A stretch of 64,000 bases of DNA from Phycisphaerales bacterium (GTDB taxonomy: Bacteria > Planctomycetota > Phycisphaerae > UBA1845 > G020352895), in contig CP070685.1 of NCBI GenBank assembly GCA_020352895.1, forward strand, positions 3,356,649 to 3,420,648, written 5' to 3'. Shown here one piece after another: positions 45,792 to 54,427 of this stretch; the stretch's first letter is position 1, and each line of letters starts with the position of its first letter. Position numbers and translations under genes: made by a program. Under the pieces are notes generated by a model. It saw only the letters and a list, made by a program, of their open reading frames with translations, had not been told where the DNA came from and ran no database searches.

Positions 45792-47039
45792 ATGAAACAG
45801 CCCCGAGTCATCGTCTTCGAGGACAGTGCCTATCAGCGTCTTCTCCCTCTGACGTATTGGCGCACCGTAGGCGAGTTGCGCTGCGGATACCACACGCTCC
45901 TCGTTCGCCAAGCTACTGCATTGGCCTTTCCCGTCACTGAACTGTGGGTCCGCGAGGAGATGATCGCCATAACTGCCGAGCGCCATCCTCTGCGCGTGAA
46001 CGCACCGATCGCACCGGATGAGTCCCGATCTGCCCTGCTGATCAATGCTCGCTATCTTCCCGGCAAGCCCGCACATCCGCCACGCCCCGGCACCATGGGC
46101 GTGGTCGGTGATCAGATGGCTTTCGCCCACCTGCCGAGCAGAAATGGGGACGGTCTCGAACCACGAGCCATGACCTCTCTCGGTCCGGACGACATGCCGT
46201 TCCGCCACCTGACCGCCGTTGAGGCCCCCGGAGCCATGATCAACTACCCTTGGGACCTGGTCCTTTACAACGAAAGGTTGCTACGCGAGGATTGGCCCGG
46301 CTCGCCCGAATGCCAGGGCTACCTTTCCAAGGGGGCCCACCTCATCCGCCCGGAAGACATCTTCGTCGGCACCGACGCCCGGATCATGCCCGGCGCAGTC
46401 CTCGATGCCTCCGACGGCCCCATCCACATCGGGGCCGGTGTCAAGGTGTCCCCGCTCGCGGTCGTCCAGGGACCGGCCCACATTGGCGACCGGACCGTGA
46501 TCCAGCCAGGGGCCGCCATCCGCCACGGCTGCACCTTCGGGCCGGCCTGCAAACTCGGCGGCGAGATCGAGGCCACCATCATTCAGGGCTACACGAACAA
46601 GCAGCATGACGGGTTTCTCGGGCACGCCTACCTGGGCGAGTGGGTCAACCTTGGGGCCGACACGGTCAACTCGGATCTGAAGAACACGTATGGCGCGGTT
46701 CACGTCCCCATAAACGGTCGTGACGTTGATAGCGGCCAGACCTTCGTCGGCTCCTTCATCGCTGACCACGTGAAGACCGGTATAGGCCTGACCCTGCCCA
46801 CCGGCTGCGTCATCGGGTTTGCCTCCAGCGTCGCCCTCAGCACGCACGCGCCAAAGTTCGTGCCCTCTTTTTCCTGGATCACCGACCAGGGCACACAACA
46901 GTACGTCCCGGAACGATGCCTGGCCGTGGCTCGAAAGGTCATGGAACGTCGAGACGTTGCGATCACTCCCGCACAAGAGCAGCTTTTTCTCAGGCTGCCA
47001 GGGCTCTGTGCCCGGCACGAGGGGGATGCCGGCCGATAA
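45792..47039 (+). CDS. putative sugar nucleotidyltransferase with left-handed beta-helix (alternative GlmU-like)
   Basis: The N-terminus is MKQPRVIVFEDSAYQRLLPLTYWRTVGELRCGYHTLL. The C-terminal hexapeptide repeats are IGAGVKVSPLAVVQGPAHIGDRTVIQPGAAI.. and GEWVNLGADT. Confidence 0.8.
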   Translation: MKQPRVIVFEDSAYQRLLPLTYWRTVGELRCGYHTLLVRQATALAFPVTELWVREEMIAITAERHPLRVNAPIAPDESRSALLINARYLPGKPAHPPRPGTMGVVGDQMAFAHLPSRNGDGLEPRAMTSLGPDDMPFRHLTAVEAPGAMINYPWDLVLYNERLLREDWPGSPECQGYLSKGAHLIRPEDIFVGTDARIMPGAVLDASDGPIHIGAGVKVSPLAVVQGPAHIGDRTVIQPGAAIRHGCTFGPACKLGGEIEATIIQGYTNKQHDGFLGHAYLGEWVNLGADTVNSDLKNTYGAVHVPINGRDVDSGQTFVGSFIADHVKTGIGLTLPTGCVIGFASSVALSTHAPKFVPSFSWITDQGTQQYVPERCLAVARKVMERRDVAITPAQEQLFLRLPGLCARHEGDAGR

Positions 47040-47270
47040 CTTCGCGTTCCGGTCCGCGGCTGACTAATTCCGACGGTCTTTCATCCAGCCTCCGCCCGGC
47101 ACCAGCAAATACCGATTTGAGGACGACCCCCAAAATGCCGAATACTCCACTGGTCCGGGGATCATCGCCGGTCCGGATGCATCGGCCAGCCAACGGCCAA
47201 CAGTGATTCCCGTGCGCTGACCTGGAACCAGCGCTCGCTTGTCGCGGCCGGTGCCGCTGGGGAAGCTGCC

Positions 47271-48389
47271 TTGAAGATCGCTGCCATTGCACACTGCGCA
47301 GATGCACTCTCACTGGCCGGTGTCCCCGGCCTGGACGTCATCGCCGAGACCACTGACGAGTCATCCTTGCATCGGGCGGGCCAGTCGCTCTGCGACGTCG
47401 TGATCTGTGATCTCGATCAGGCAGAGCCACACGAGGTCAAGGCCGTTATCAACTTCTTCCCGAGCACGCCCGTGGTCGCCCTGATCTCCGAGCACACCCC
47501 GGCTTTTCGCGTGGTTGACGCTCAGTCATTCGGCTGCAAGGAGTTCATCCGCAAGCCATTCGATGCGAAGAACGTCGCCATCGCTCTGCAAAGCGTCGTC
47601 GTGCAGGGCGGCAGCCGCGGCAAGTCAATCTGCCTGATTGGGGCCAGCGGTGGTGCCGGCGTCACGACCATTGCCTGTAATCTCGCCGTCGCCCTGGCAC
47701 CAAAGGGACGCGTCGGGCTCATCGACGCTGACCTGAGTTTCGGCAACGTGGCCCAGTACTTCGACCGCACGCCGCAGTACACTATCGCCAATGTATGTTC
47801 CTGTGATCACATCGACCAGGTCTCCCTGAAGGCGGCCATGATCGAGACGGAGCACGGCGTCTCCATCCTTGCCCGCCCCAATGAGATAAGCGAACGAAGT
47901 AAGGTCACGCCCGGCAAAGCCGCCGGATTGATGCACGCCGCCAGCCGGACTTTCAATTTCATAGTGGTGGACCTGTTCCGGCAATTGGACGAACGGGTCG
48001 GGAGTTTCATGCTCCGGTCGGATCTGGTCCTTATTGTGACGGAGATGAACGTCAGCAGTGCCAACAACGCCCGCCGCATCCGCGACGCCCTCGTGAAAGA
48101 GGGATTCGATACACGCTGCGTCGCCCCCGTGCTCAACCGGGTCTCCAAGCGGTCGGCGCATGCCCTTACCCCCCCAGACGTGGAGAAGGTGCTGGGCCCC
48201 ATCTTCGCCACCATCCCCAATGACTTTCCTGCGGCCCTGAGCGCTTCTGATCGGGGTCAGCCGATCGAGCCACACAGCCCCATCGCCAAGGCCATCCAGC
48301 GAATGGCCGAGAGCATAGCGGGCTCTAAGACCGACGAACCTCGTACCGGCGCTCGCCTCATGCGCCTTCTCAAAGGAGCGGCGTCGTGA
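47271..48389 (+). CDS. CpaE/TadZ-like protein: receiver-like N-domain plus MinD/ParA-fold domain with degenerate Walker A
   Basis: It has a receiver-like fold (DVVICDLD, FIRKPF) without the N-terminal acidic pair. The ParA-fold P-loop reads LIGASGGAGVTTIACNLAVAL, so both lysines of KGGxGK[ST] are absent. It also has GLIDADLSFGNV. The start is TTG. Confidence 0.75.
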   Translation: MKIAAIAHCADALSLAGVPGLDVIAETTDESSLHRAGQSLCDVVICDLDQAEPHEVKAVINFFPSTPVVALISEHTPAFRVVDAQSFGCKEFIRKPFDAKNVAIALQSVVVQGGSRGKSICLIGASGGAGVTTIACNLAVALAPKGRVGLIDADLSFGNVAQYFDRTPQYTIANVCSCDHIDQVSLKAAMIETEHGVSILARPNEISERSKVTPGKAAGLMHAASRTFNFIVVDLFRQLDERVGSFMLRSDLVLIVTEMNVSSANNARRIRDALVKEGFDTRCVAPVLNRVSKRSAHALTPPDVEKVLGPIFATIPNDFPAALSASDRGQPIEPHSPIAKAIQRMAESIAGSKTDEPRTGARLMRLLKGAAS

Positions 48390-48766
48390 CTGACATTGAC
48401 AATAACGGCATCCTCTCTTCCCCAGATTCTGCGGCGCGGCCTGCGTCCCCCCTCTTGGCTCGCCTGTGGGGTGCCTCCGAGGAAAGCGACTCCAATGAGG
48501 AGTGGCGCCGCGCCGACCGCCGCCGAAAGAACTGCAGCGGCGTCCGCCTCGAACTCCAACGGCAGAACGGAACGGTCTACAATGTCCGCCTTCACAACGT
48601 GTCGCACAATGGCGTCTGCGTGATCTGCCCGAAGAAGATCCGCCAGGCTGACATCGTCAAGCTCCGCTGCCAGGGAGAATCCGTTCCAGATGAGGCCTTC
48701 AAGGTGGTGCACGTTACCTCCACGGTTGGCGGCTTCAAGCTGGGCTTGACCTTGCTTCGCGACTGA
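48386..48766 (+). CDS. PilZ domain protein (c-di-GMP receptor type)
   Basis: The RxxxR motif is in RRADRRRK and the N-x-S-x-x-G motif is in NVSHNG, about 30 residues later. A 4-bp overlap (GTGA) with the preceding gene suggests translational coupling. Confidence 0.75.
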   Translation: MTDIDNNGILSSPDSAARPASPLLARLWGASEESDSNEEWRRADRRRKNCSGVRLELQRQNGTVYNVRLHNVSHNGVCVICPKKIRQADIVKLRCQGESVPDEAFKVVHVTSTVGGFKLGLTLLRD

Positions 48767-48904
48767 ATCGCAGCTCCCAGAGCCTCAGCCCCTCCGTGAA
48801 CCGACGCTTGCACCCGGTGTTGAATTCCACGGCCCGTACGGAATATGATAACCGTGTCGCGCAGGCTCTCCCTGGTTCTCCTCCCGCCAGTGAGGTTCCC
48901 GACC

Positions 48905-49909
48905 ATGAGATCCGCTCCTCGCACAGCCATCTTGGCATGGGCCACGGTCCTCGTGCCAGCCGTCTCGGGCGTGCACGCGGATACGTTCTTGCTCAAGGAC
49001 GGCACTGAAGTCGCGGGCACTGTCACCTACGAGTCTGACGACGTAATCCACGTGGACACCTCGACAGGATTGGTGATCATCGACCTCCGCGACGTACGCC
49101 GAAGAGTCGTCTCCCCGCCAACCGCCGAGCCCCTCGATCCCGCCAAACAGGAGCGCATCGACAAGGCTGTCTATGAGTACACCCGACAGCTCCGCGCCAT
49201 CAAGCGGACCTACCTGGACCGGCCGCGCGACTCAAAGTACGAAGGAGCCTTCGCAAAGGGGCGCAAGCGCGTCCTCGCCATGAACGACCCACTGGCCATT
49301 GATCCCCTGACTCGCCTGCTTAGCGACGGCGACGAGCGCTGCCGCGTACTGCTCGTCGAGGCCCTCGACCGCTTCGACGATGACCAAGCCACCATGAATC
49401 TCGTGGTCGTCGCCCTGTTGGACCCTGCCGAGTCCGTTCGTCTCAAGGCGGCCGAAGCCCTTCTCAAGCGCAACGACCCCCGTGTCGTCTCCGATCTTCG
49501 TTCCGCGCTGCAAAGCGATGAGGACTTCGTGGTCCGAAACGCCGCCGTCGCCCTTGGCATATTACGCGCCCGCGAGGCCGCCCCCGACCTGATCCACTTG
49601 CTTAGCTACGAGCGCAAGGTCTCGTACACCGTCCCTCGCGAAGCGCTGCTCACGACCATCCAGGGTAATTACATCGCCGGCTACCGCGCGAAAGTGGCTC
49701 GCGGCGTGGCCCAGGTCGAGCCCATCATCGGCGTGATCGGCTCCGGCAGCGCTATTTCCAGTGCACCGATCACGGTGCGGCTCACCCAAACCGTGTACCG
49801 CACCGAGGTCCAGGAGGCCCTCATCGCCATCACCGGCCAGAACTTCGGCTTCAGCCACGACAAGTGGCTTCAGTGGTTGGCCCAGAATCCACCACCCAAG
49901 AATCCTTAG
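48905..49909 (+). CDS. exported HEAT-repeat protein
   Basis: The signal peptide is MRSAPRTAILAWATVLVPAVSGVHA. The HEAT/PBS-lyase-like repeats are LLSDGDERCRVLLVEAL, LLDPAESVRLKAAEALL and SDEDFVVRNAAVALG. Confidence 0.7.
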   Translation: MRSAPRTAILAWATVLVPAVSGVHADTFLLKDGTEVAGTVTYESDDVIHVDTSTGLVIIDLRDVRRRVVSPPTAEPLDPAKQERIDKAVYEYTRQLRAIKRTYLDRPRDSKYEGAFAKGRKRVLAMNDPLAIDPLTRLLSDGDERCRVLLVEALDRFDDDQATMNLVVVALLDPAESVRLKAAEALLKRNDPRVVSDLRSALQSDEDFVVRNAAVALGILRAREAAPDLIHLLSYERKVSYTVPREALLTTIQGNYIAGYRAKVARGVAQVEPIIGVIGSGSAISSAPITVRLTQTVYRTEVQEALIAITGQNFGFSHDKWLQWLAQNPPPKNP

Positions 49910-49930
49910 CGCCGCCGGAGCCGCGCACGA

Positions 49931-49952
49931 GAAAGCCCGGCCAACGCCGGGC
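49931..49952 (-). terminator. terminator hairpin downstream of rpmB
   Basis: GCCCGGC (49935-49941), loop CAAC, GCCGGGC (49946-49952). On the minus strand it is followed by TTTC. Confidence 0.45.
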
Positions 49953-49987
49953 GATCGACCGCAAACACGATTTTTAACTTCAACGCC

Positions 49988-50269
49988 TTACGCTTCCGCC
50001 TGGGACGACTCCGTCTGCTCATCCCGCTTCCACGTACGCTTGGGAGGCTTGGTGATCAGCCCCAGCCGCAGTGCCTTGGTGGACACGTAGACCCGACAGA
50101 CCTTGCCGTCCACCACGGCCCGTACGCGCTGCATATTGGGCTTGAATCTCCTCTTAGTGCGGCTTGTGATCTTGCGACCCACGCCGCCCAGATACTTGGC
50201 CTTCCCGCGTCGAGAAATCGATCGACCCGCGCGGGTCTTCTTACCGGTATAGGGGCATTGCCTGGACAT
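49988..50269 (-). CDS. rpmB: 50S ribosomal protein L28
   Basis: MSRQCPYTGKKTRAGRSISRRGKAKYLGGVGRKITSRTKRRFKPNMQRVRAVVDGKVCRVYVSTKALR. There is a C-terminal acidic extension. Confidence 0.9.
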   Translation of the reverse strand: MSRQCPYTGKKTRAGRSISRRGKAKYLGGVGRKITSRTKRRFKPNMQRVRAVVDGKVCRVYVSTKALRLGLITKPPKRTWKRDEQTESSQAEA

Positions 50270-50315
50270 ATTGCTCACCCGTCACTACGAATCCCCACCA
50301 CAATCCGAATCCGTT

Positions 50316-50344
50316 AGTATAGCCGCTACTCACAGAGTGGCAAA
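50316..50344 (-). promoter_or_regulatory. candidate sigma-70 promoter of rpmB
   Basis: On the minus strand: TTTGCC (50344-50339), a 17-nt spacer, then TATACT (50321-50316). It lies about 45 nt upstream of the start codon. Confidence 0.5.
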
Positions 50345-50620
50345 CCTCTACTTTACCTGGAACCGGAGGCAGGTGTAAAGTAACACTCTAAGCAATGATC
50401 TGCCGCCTCTTTAGTCGCGCCCCGTAATCAGCACGCCGGCCGCCTCCGGTCGCCTCCCTGAGGGCCCCCTGCCGGAATCTGCTCCCAAAGCGGGACAAAA
50501 TACGACGAGACGGAACAACCCTCCGGTTATAATGCAGGCATTAAGGCCAGACGTTGTTGAGTCGATGCCGGGGCTAATCGCCGCGGGACCGGTGGTATGG
50601 GTCCTGACGAGGACATCGCG

Positions 50621-51655
50621 ATGAACCTGCCGCGCGTTTGTGTGCTTCTGGCCTGTCTGTTGGCTCCGGGCCATGTCCAGGCCGACCTCATCGGCATCCA
50701 GCTTCGCACCGACCCACTCTGGGATGATGCCGCGTCCGCGCTGCTGACCGCCGATGCGCATGTCGTACGCCTGTACGCCGTCTTCGACGGGCCCGCCGGA
50801 CCCAACAATGAGAACGTCGTCCTCGCCGCTTTCGACTCGACGCTGTCGGTCGCAGACGCTGCCGCCGCCTTTTACCAGACACCCGCACCCCCGGGCAGCG
50901 ACACCGCACCCAGCAGTGATCTGTTCGCCACCTACCCGGCCCTGGAGTGGGATACCTTCGTCAGCGTCGGTGTGCTCGACAGCCTTTCCGGCGATACCAC
51001 GGCCGTGTTCCCTGACTTCGTCATGGGCATCAATACGATCACGGGCGGCTGGTATAACTCCTACCCGCCGAACCACCAAGGCGCCCCGGACCAGGATTTC
51101 GCTGTGGTGCTGGTCCAACTGACCATCCTGGGGCTCCCGCCCGACGTGGACGCCGCCGCCGAGCCGGACCTCCTTGTCCACAATCCCGTCCTGGACGGCA
51201 CCTTGACCGTCTCTCACAACTCCGCCAACGGTCCTATCAACACCGAGGTCACCTTCACCACTCTGGTCGACTGTAACGGCAACGGAATCGATGACCAGAT
51301 CGATATCGACGAGGGCACCAGCGAAGATTCCAACCGAAACGACGTTCCCGACGAGTGCGATGATTGCATCTGCGGCGATCTGGATCTCAACGGACGTGTC
51401 AACCTCAACGACGCCGTGACTTTCTTCGGCTGCTACTGGCTGCCCGAACCCGATCCCAACTGCAGCGCTTGGCAACTGGAGTGTTCGGACCTCGACCAGG
51501 ACGGCAACGTCAGCCTCAGCGACTACGCCACTTTCGCCGTCATCTACGGCAAGGAAATGACTCTCTCACCCCCACAGTGTCTCGACGGGGCTCGATCCCC
51601 GGTCCAGTCGCCGGAGCCGACGCGGCTTCCTCCCTTCTTCAGCGAGGAGCCTTGA
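50621..51655 (+). CDS. exported protein with dockerin/EF-hand-like Asp-rich repeats
   Basis: The signal peptide is MNLPRVCVLLACLLAPGHVQA. The C-terminal repeats are DCNGNGIDDQIDIDEG, GDLDLNGRVNLNDAVTF and SDLDQDGNVSLSDYATF. Confidence 0.65.
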   Translation: MNLPRVCVLLACLLAPGHVQADLIGIQLRTDPLWDDAASALLTADAHVVRLYAVFDGPAGPNNENVVLAAFDSTLSVADAAAAFYQTPAPPGSDTAPSSDLFATYPALEWDTFVSVGVLDSLSGDTTAVFPDFVMGINTITGGWYNSYPPNHQGAPDQDFAVVLVQLTILGLPPDVDAAAEPDLLVHNPVLDGTLTVSHNSANGPINTEVTFTTLVDCNGNGIDDQIDIDEGTSEDSNRNDVPDECDDCICGDLDLNGRVNLNDAVTFFGCYWLPEPDPNCSAWQLECSDLDQDGNVSLSDYATFAVIYGKEMTLSPPQCLDGARSPVQSPEPTRLPPFFSEEP

Positions 51656-51673
51656 GGCGGGCCGGCCACCCCA

Positions 51674-53434
51674 CTAAGGCATTCGCTCAAGTAACATCCA
51701 GGTTACACCCGGCCGCGTACGACTCTGAAACGTGTAAGCTTCGGTGAAGTGCCCCTCCAGCCACGCCTGAAGAAACTTGTTCACATACAGGTATTTGCCC
51801 CTCTGGCGGGATGCAAACACGAATCGCAGCTCCGGAACGTCGATCTTTCGAGCCAGAACATCGACGGTCAACTGCCCGGAGCTGATACGCTTCGTGTTCG
51901 TATCGGCCACGAAACCCACTAGGTCCCGGTCTGACAGAAACGCCACGAGCGGGGCCAGACCGGACTCCCCAAACAACCGATCGTCCGGCCGCGAGTGCTT
52001 CCGAACATAGGCGGCCGCACCGCGAACCTCCTCCAGATGACGCATCTCGTGCCACAGATAATGCGTCAGCCCGAGATAATCCCGGTCGATCCCTCGCTCC
52101 TCCCGCCACAGCGCCTTCCGGACCGCCGTGTTGACCGCGCCCAATGGCGGAGCGTCGAACCACTCCATGCGCCGATCCGCTGCGTTCGGGTACTCGTCGC
52201 GCAGCGAGTGTTTCACAAAGCCGTATCCGATTGCAACGACACCGCACAGCGTCAGACTGCGCAACACCAGCAGCCACCGAGTCCGATCGCACAGCACCCG
52301 CAAACCGCAACCGATCTCGCCCACCACGTACGCTGCCAACAGTGCCAGCGGGGCAAACACCATCAGAAAATAGAACTCATACCACTCGCGCAGTTTCGAG
52401 AAGAAGGCCGCATATCCGACCACGTAGGCCTGCAAGCCAAGCACGAAGCCGGGACGCGAATTCAGAAACGCCATAAAAGCCCCGGGCACCTGGGCACCCG
52501 GGCTCCGCCGCCTCTCGCGTGAGGTGTCCCGGCGCGCGCCTTTCCTGGTGCGGGCATCACAAGAAGGCTCTCCGTCCGCGCCCTTCCTCAATCTCGCTGG
52601 AGCCGCAGGCGTGGAGCCTCTCCGCCACCAAGCTAATGCCGCGGCCCCCACGATCGGTGCCCAGGCCAGGTAGAAGTTGTGGAGCAGGAACATCCGCGAA
52701 AAGACCCGGACCTTGTCCGTGGAGCGTACCTCCTTCATCAGGTGATACCGGAACACCGCCTCGGTGTAGGCCGCACCCCCCAGAACGAGACAAGCCACGC
52801 TCACCAGCAGATATACGCCGGCTGCTGCAACAATCGCCCGCAAGGCCCGCCGTGGCTCGCCCGCGAACCGCCACAGCAGGGCCATAATCACGCCCGGCAC
52901 GGCGTACACTACGGTCTGCGCACTGAGCCCCAGGAGCAACCCGCCCGCCACGTCGCGCCTCCGCAGGAGGCAGTAACAGCCCCAAAGCAGCAACGCCAGT
53001 CCGAGGTTCGCACCGGTGTAATGGCTGCTGGCCCGCAGCACGTCATAGCCCAGCAGAAACGCCGCCTGCGCGGCCGCTCCCTCCAGTGGCCCCAGCCGAC
53101 GGTACCCGATCCCGAACACAGCCAGACCCGAGGCCAGCCCGGCGAATATCGGCAGCGACCGCGCCACCACGTAGGAGGCACCAAATGCCTTGAAGACCGC
53201 TGCTGCCACAAACAACTGCAGGGGCGGATGTGCAAAGAAGAAATCTCGATAGGGCCACGCCTTCCCCTCGGCCATCACCTTGGCCATGTAGTAGTAGATG
53301 TTCTCGTCGCCGGGTACGCATCGATATGAGTACTGCTTCAGCACGAGGTAGACGAGCCCCGCGACCACGCAGGAGGCCCACGCCACATACGCGACCCACC
53401 GGGGCTCTGCTTTGACTTCGTCAACGGGAGACAT
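51674..53434 (-). CDS. GT-C fold membrane glycosyltransferase (GT39/ArnT/PMT-like)
   Basis: It is polytopic (about 10 or more TM). The first loop motif is GDENIYYYMAKVMAEGKAWPYRDFFFAHPP, with the acidic DE typical of GT-C. It has a C-terminal soluble domain. The start is taken at MSPVDEV (53434). Confidence 0.7.
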   Translation of the reverse strand: MSPVDEVKAEPRWVAYVAWASCVVAGLVYLVLKQYSYRCVPGDENIYYYMAKVMAEGKAWPYRDFFFAHPPLQLFVAAAVFKAFGASYVVARSLPIFAGLASGLAVFGIGYRRLGPLEGAAAQAAFLLGYDVLRASSHYTGANLGLALLLWGCYCLLRRRDVAGGLLLGLSAQTVVYAVPGVIMALLWRFAGEPRRALRAIVAAAGVYLLVSVACLVLGGAAYTEAVFRYHLMKEVRSTDKVRVFSRMFLLHNFYLAWAPIVGAAALAWWRRGSTPAAPARLRKGADGEPSCDARTRKGARRDTSRERRRSPGAQVPGAFMAFLNSRPGFVLGLQAYVVGYAAFFSKLREWYEFYFLMVFAPLALLAAYVVGEIGCGLRVLCDRTRWLLVLRSLTLCGVVAIGYGFVKHSLRDEYPNAADRRMEWFDAPPLGAVNTAVRKALWREERGIDRDYLGLTHYLWHEMRHLEEVRGAAAYVRKHSRPDDRLFGESGLAPLVAFLSDRDLVGFVADTNTKRISSGQLTVDVLARKIDVPELRFVFASRQRGKYLYVNKFLQAWLEGHFTEAYTFQSRTRPGVTWMLLERMP

Positions 53435-53569
53435 GCTCCCGCATTGAAACAGCCCCACCTGCCCCGGGCAAGGCGCACGCCTGGGCCTTGTGCACATGGA
53501 GGCAACCACCGGTTGACCCGAACCCGCGTCCCGGATAGCTTCCGACGCGAGTCGGGGCAGGGATTACTG

Positions 53570-54427
53570 ATGGGTCATTGGCTGTTTCTCGATGATGAGT
53601 TCGTGCCTCCCGACCTGGCCCGCGTACCGGCCAGCGACGCCGGGCTGCTTCACGGCGCCGGGCTGTTCGAAACCATGCGGGCGCACAACGGCGTGGTCTT
53701 TCGACTTCGCCAACACCTGGACCGCCTCAGGAATTCGGCCGAAGCCCTCCATCTGACCCTGCCTGAGAATCTCGACCGTGCTCCCCAAATCATCTCCGAG
53801 TTGCTGCAACGAAACGATCAGCGTGAAGCCCGCGTCCGTCTGACGGTCACGCCCGGGCACTGTGAGCGCAGCAGCCCCCTGCTGATCATCGCCACCCAGC
53901 CCTACGAGCCCTACCCAGACGAACTGTATGAAAGCGGCATGACCGTGCTGGTCACCGATCGGCGCCAGACTCCATACGACGCCTCCTGCGCCCACAAGAC
54001 CCTCAGCTACTACAACCGCCTGCTGGCCCTCCGCGAGGCCGCCCAGAGGTCCTGCCACGAAGCCCTTTGGTTCACCTATGAAGGTCGGCTCGCCGAAGGC
54101 AGCGTCTCCAACGTCTTCCTGGTAAAGGACTCCAGCCTGCTCACAGCGCCGCTGGACACGCCCATACTGCCCGGCATTACTCGCGCAACCGTTCTGGAGA
54201 TCGCCGCGCACCGCGGCCGCGCGCTTCAAGAACGAAGCCTTGCCATCGACGACCTGCTGGATGCCGACGAAGTGTTTCTGACCAACGTGATCATGAAGGT
54301 AATGCCCGTCTGTCGCATCGAGGCCAAGGAAGTCGGCGACGGTAAGCCTGGACCGGTCACTCGTGAAATCGCCAGAGCCTATGACGAGTTGGTGGAGAAG
54401 GAGTGTGCCCATGGCGGGCCAAAGTAA
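53570..54427 (+). CDS. class IV aminotransferase (aminodeoxychorismate lyase / branched-chain or D-amino-acid aminotransferase family)
   Basis: DAGLLHGAGLFETMRAHNG, AHKTLSYYNRLLA, EGSVSNVFLV and LPGITRATVLEIA. Confidence 0.8.
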   Translation: MGHWLFLDDEFVPPDLARVPASDAGLLHGAGLFETMRAHNGVVFRLRQHLDRLRNSAEALHLTLPENLDRAPQIISELLQRNDQREARVRLTVTPGHCERSSPLLIIATQPYEPYPDELYESGMTVLVTDRRQTPYDASCAHKTLSYYNRLLALREAAQRSCHEALWFTYEGRLAEGSVSNVFLVKDSSLLTAPLDTPILPGITRATVLEIAAHRGRALQERSLAIDDLLDADEVFLTNVIMKVMPVCRIEAKEVGDGKPGPVTREIARAYDELVEKECAHGGPK

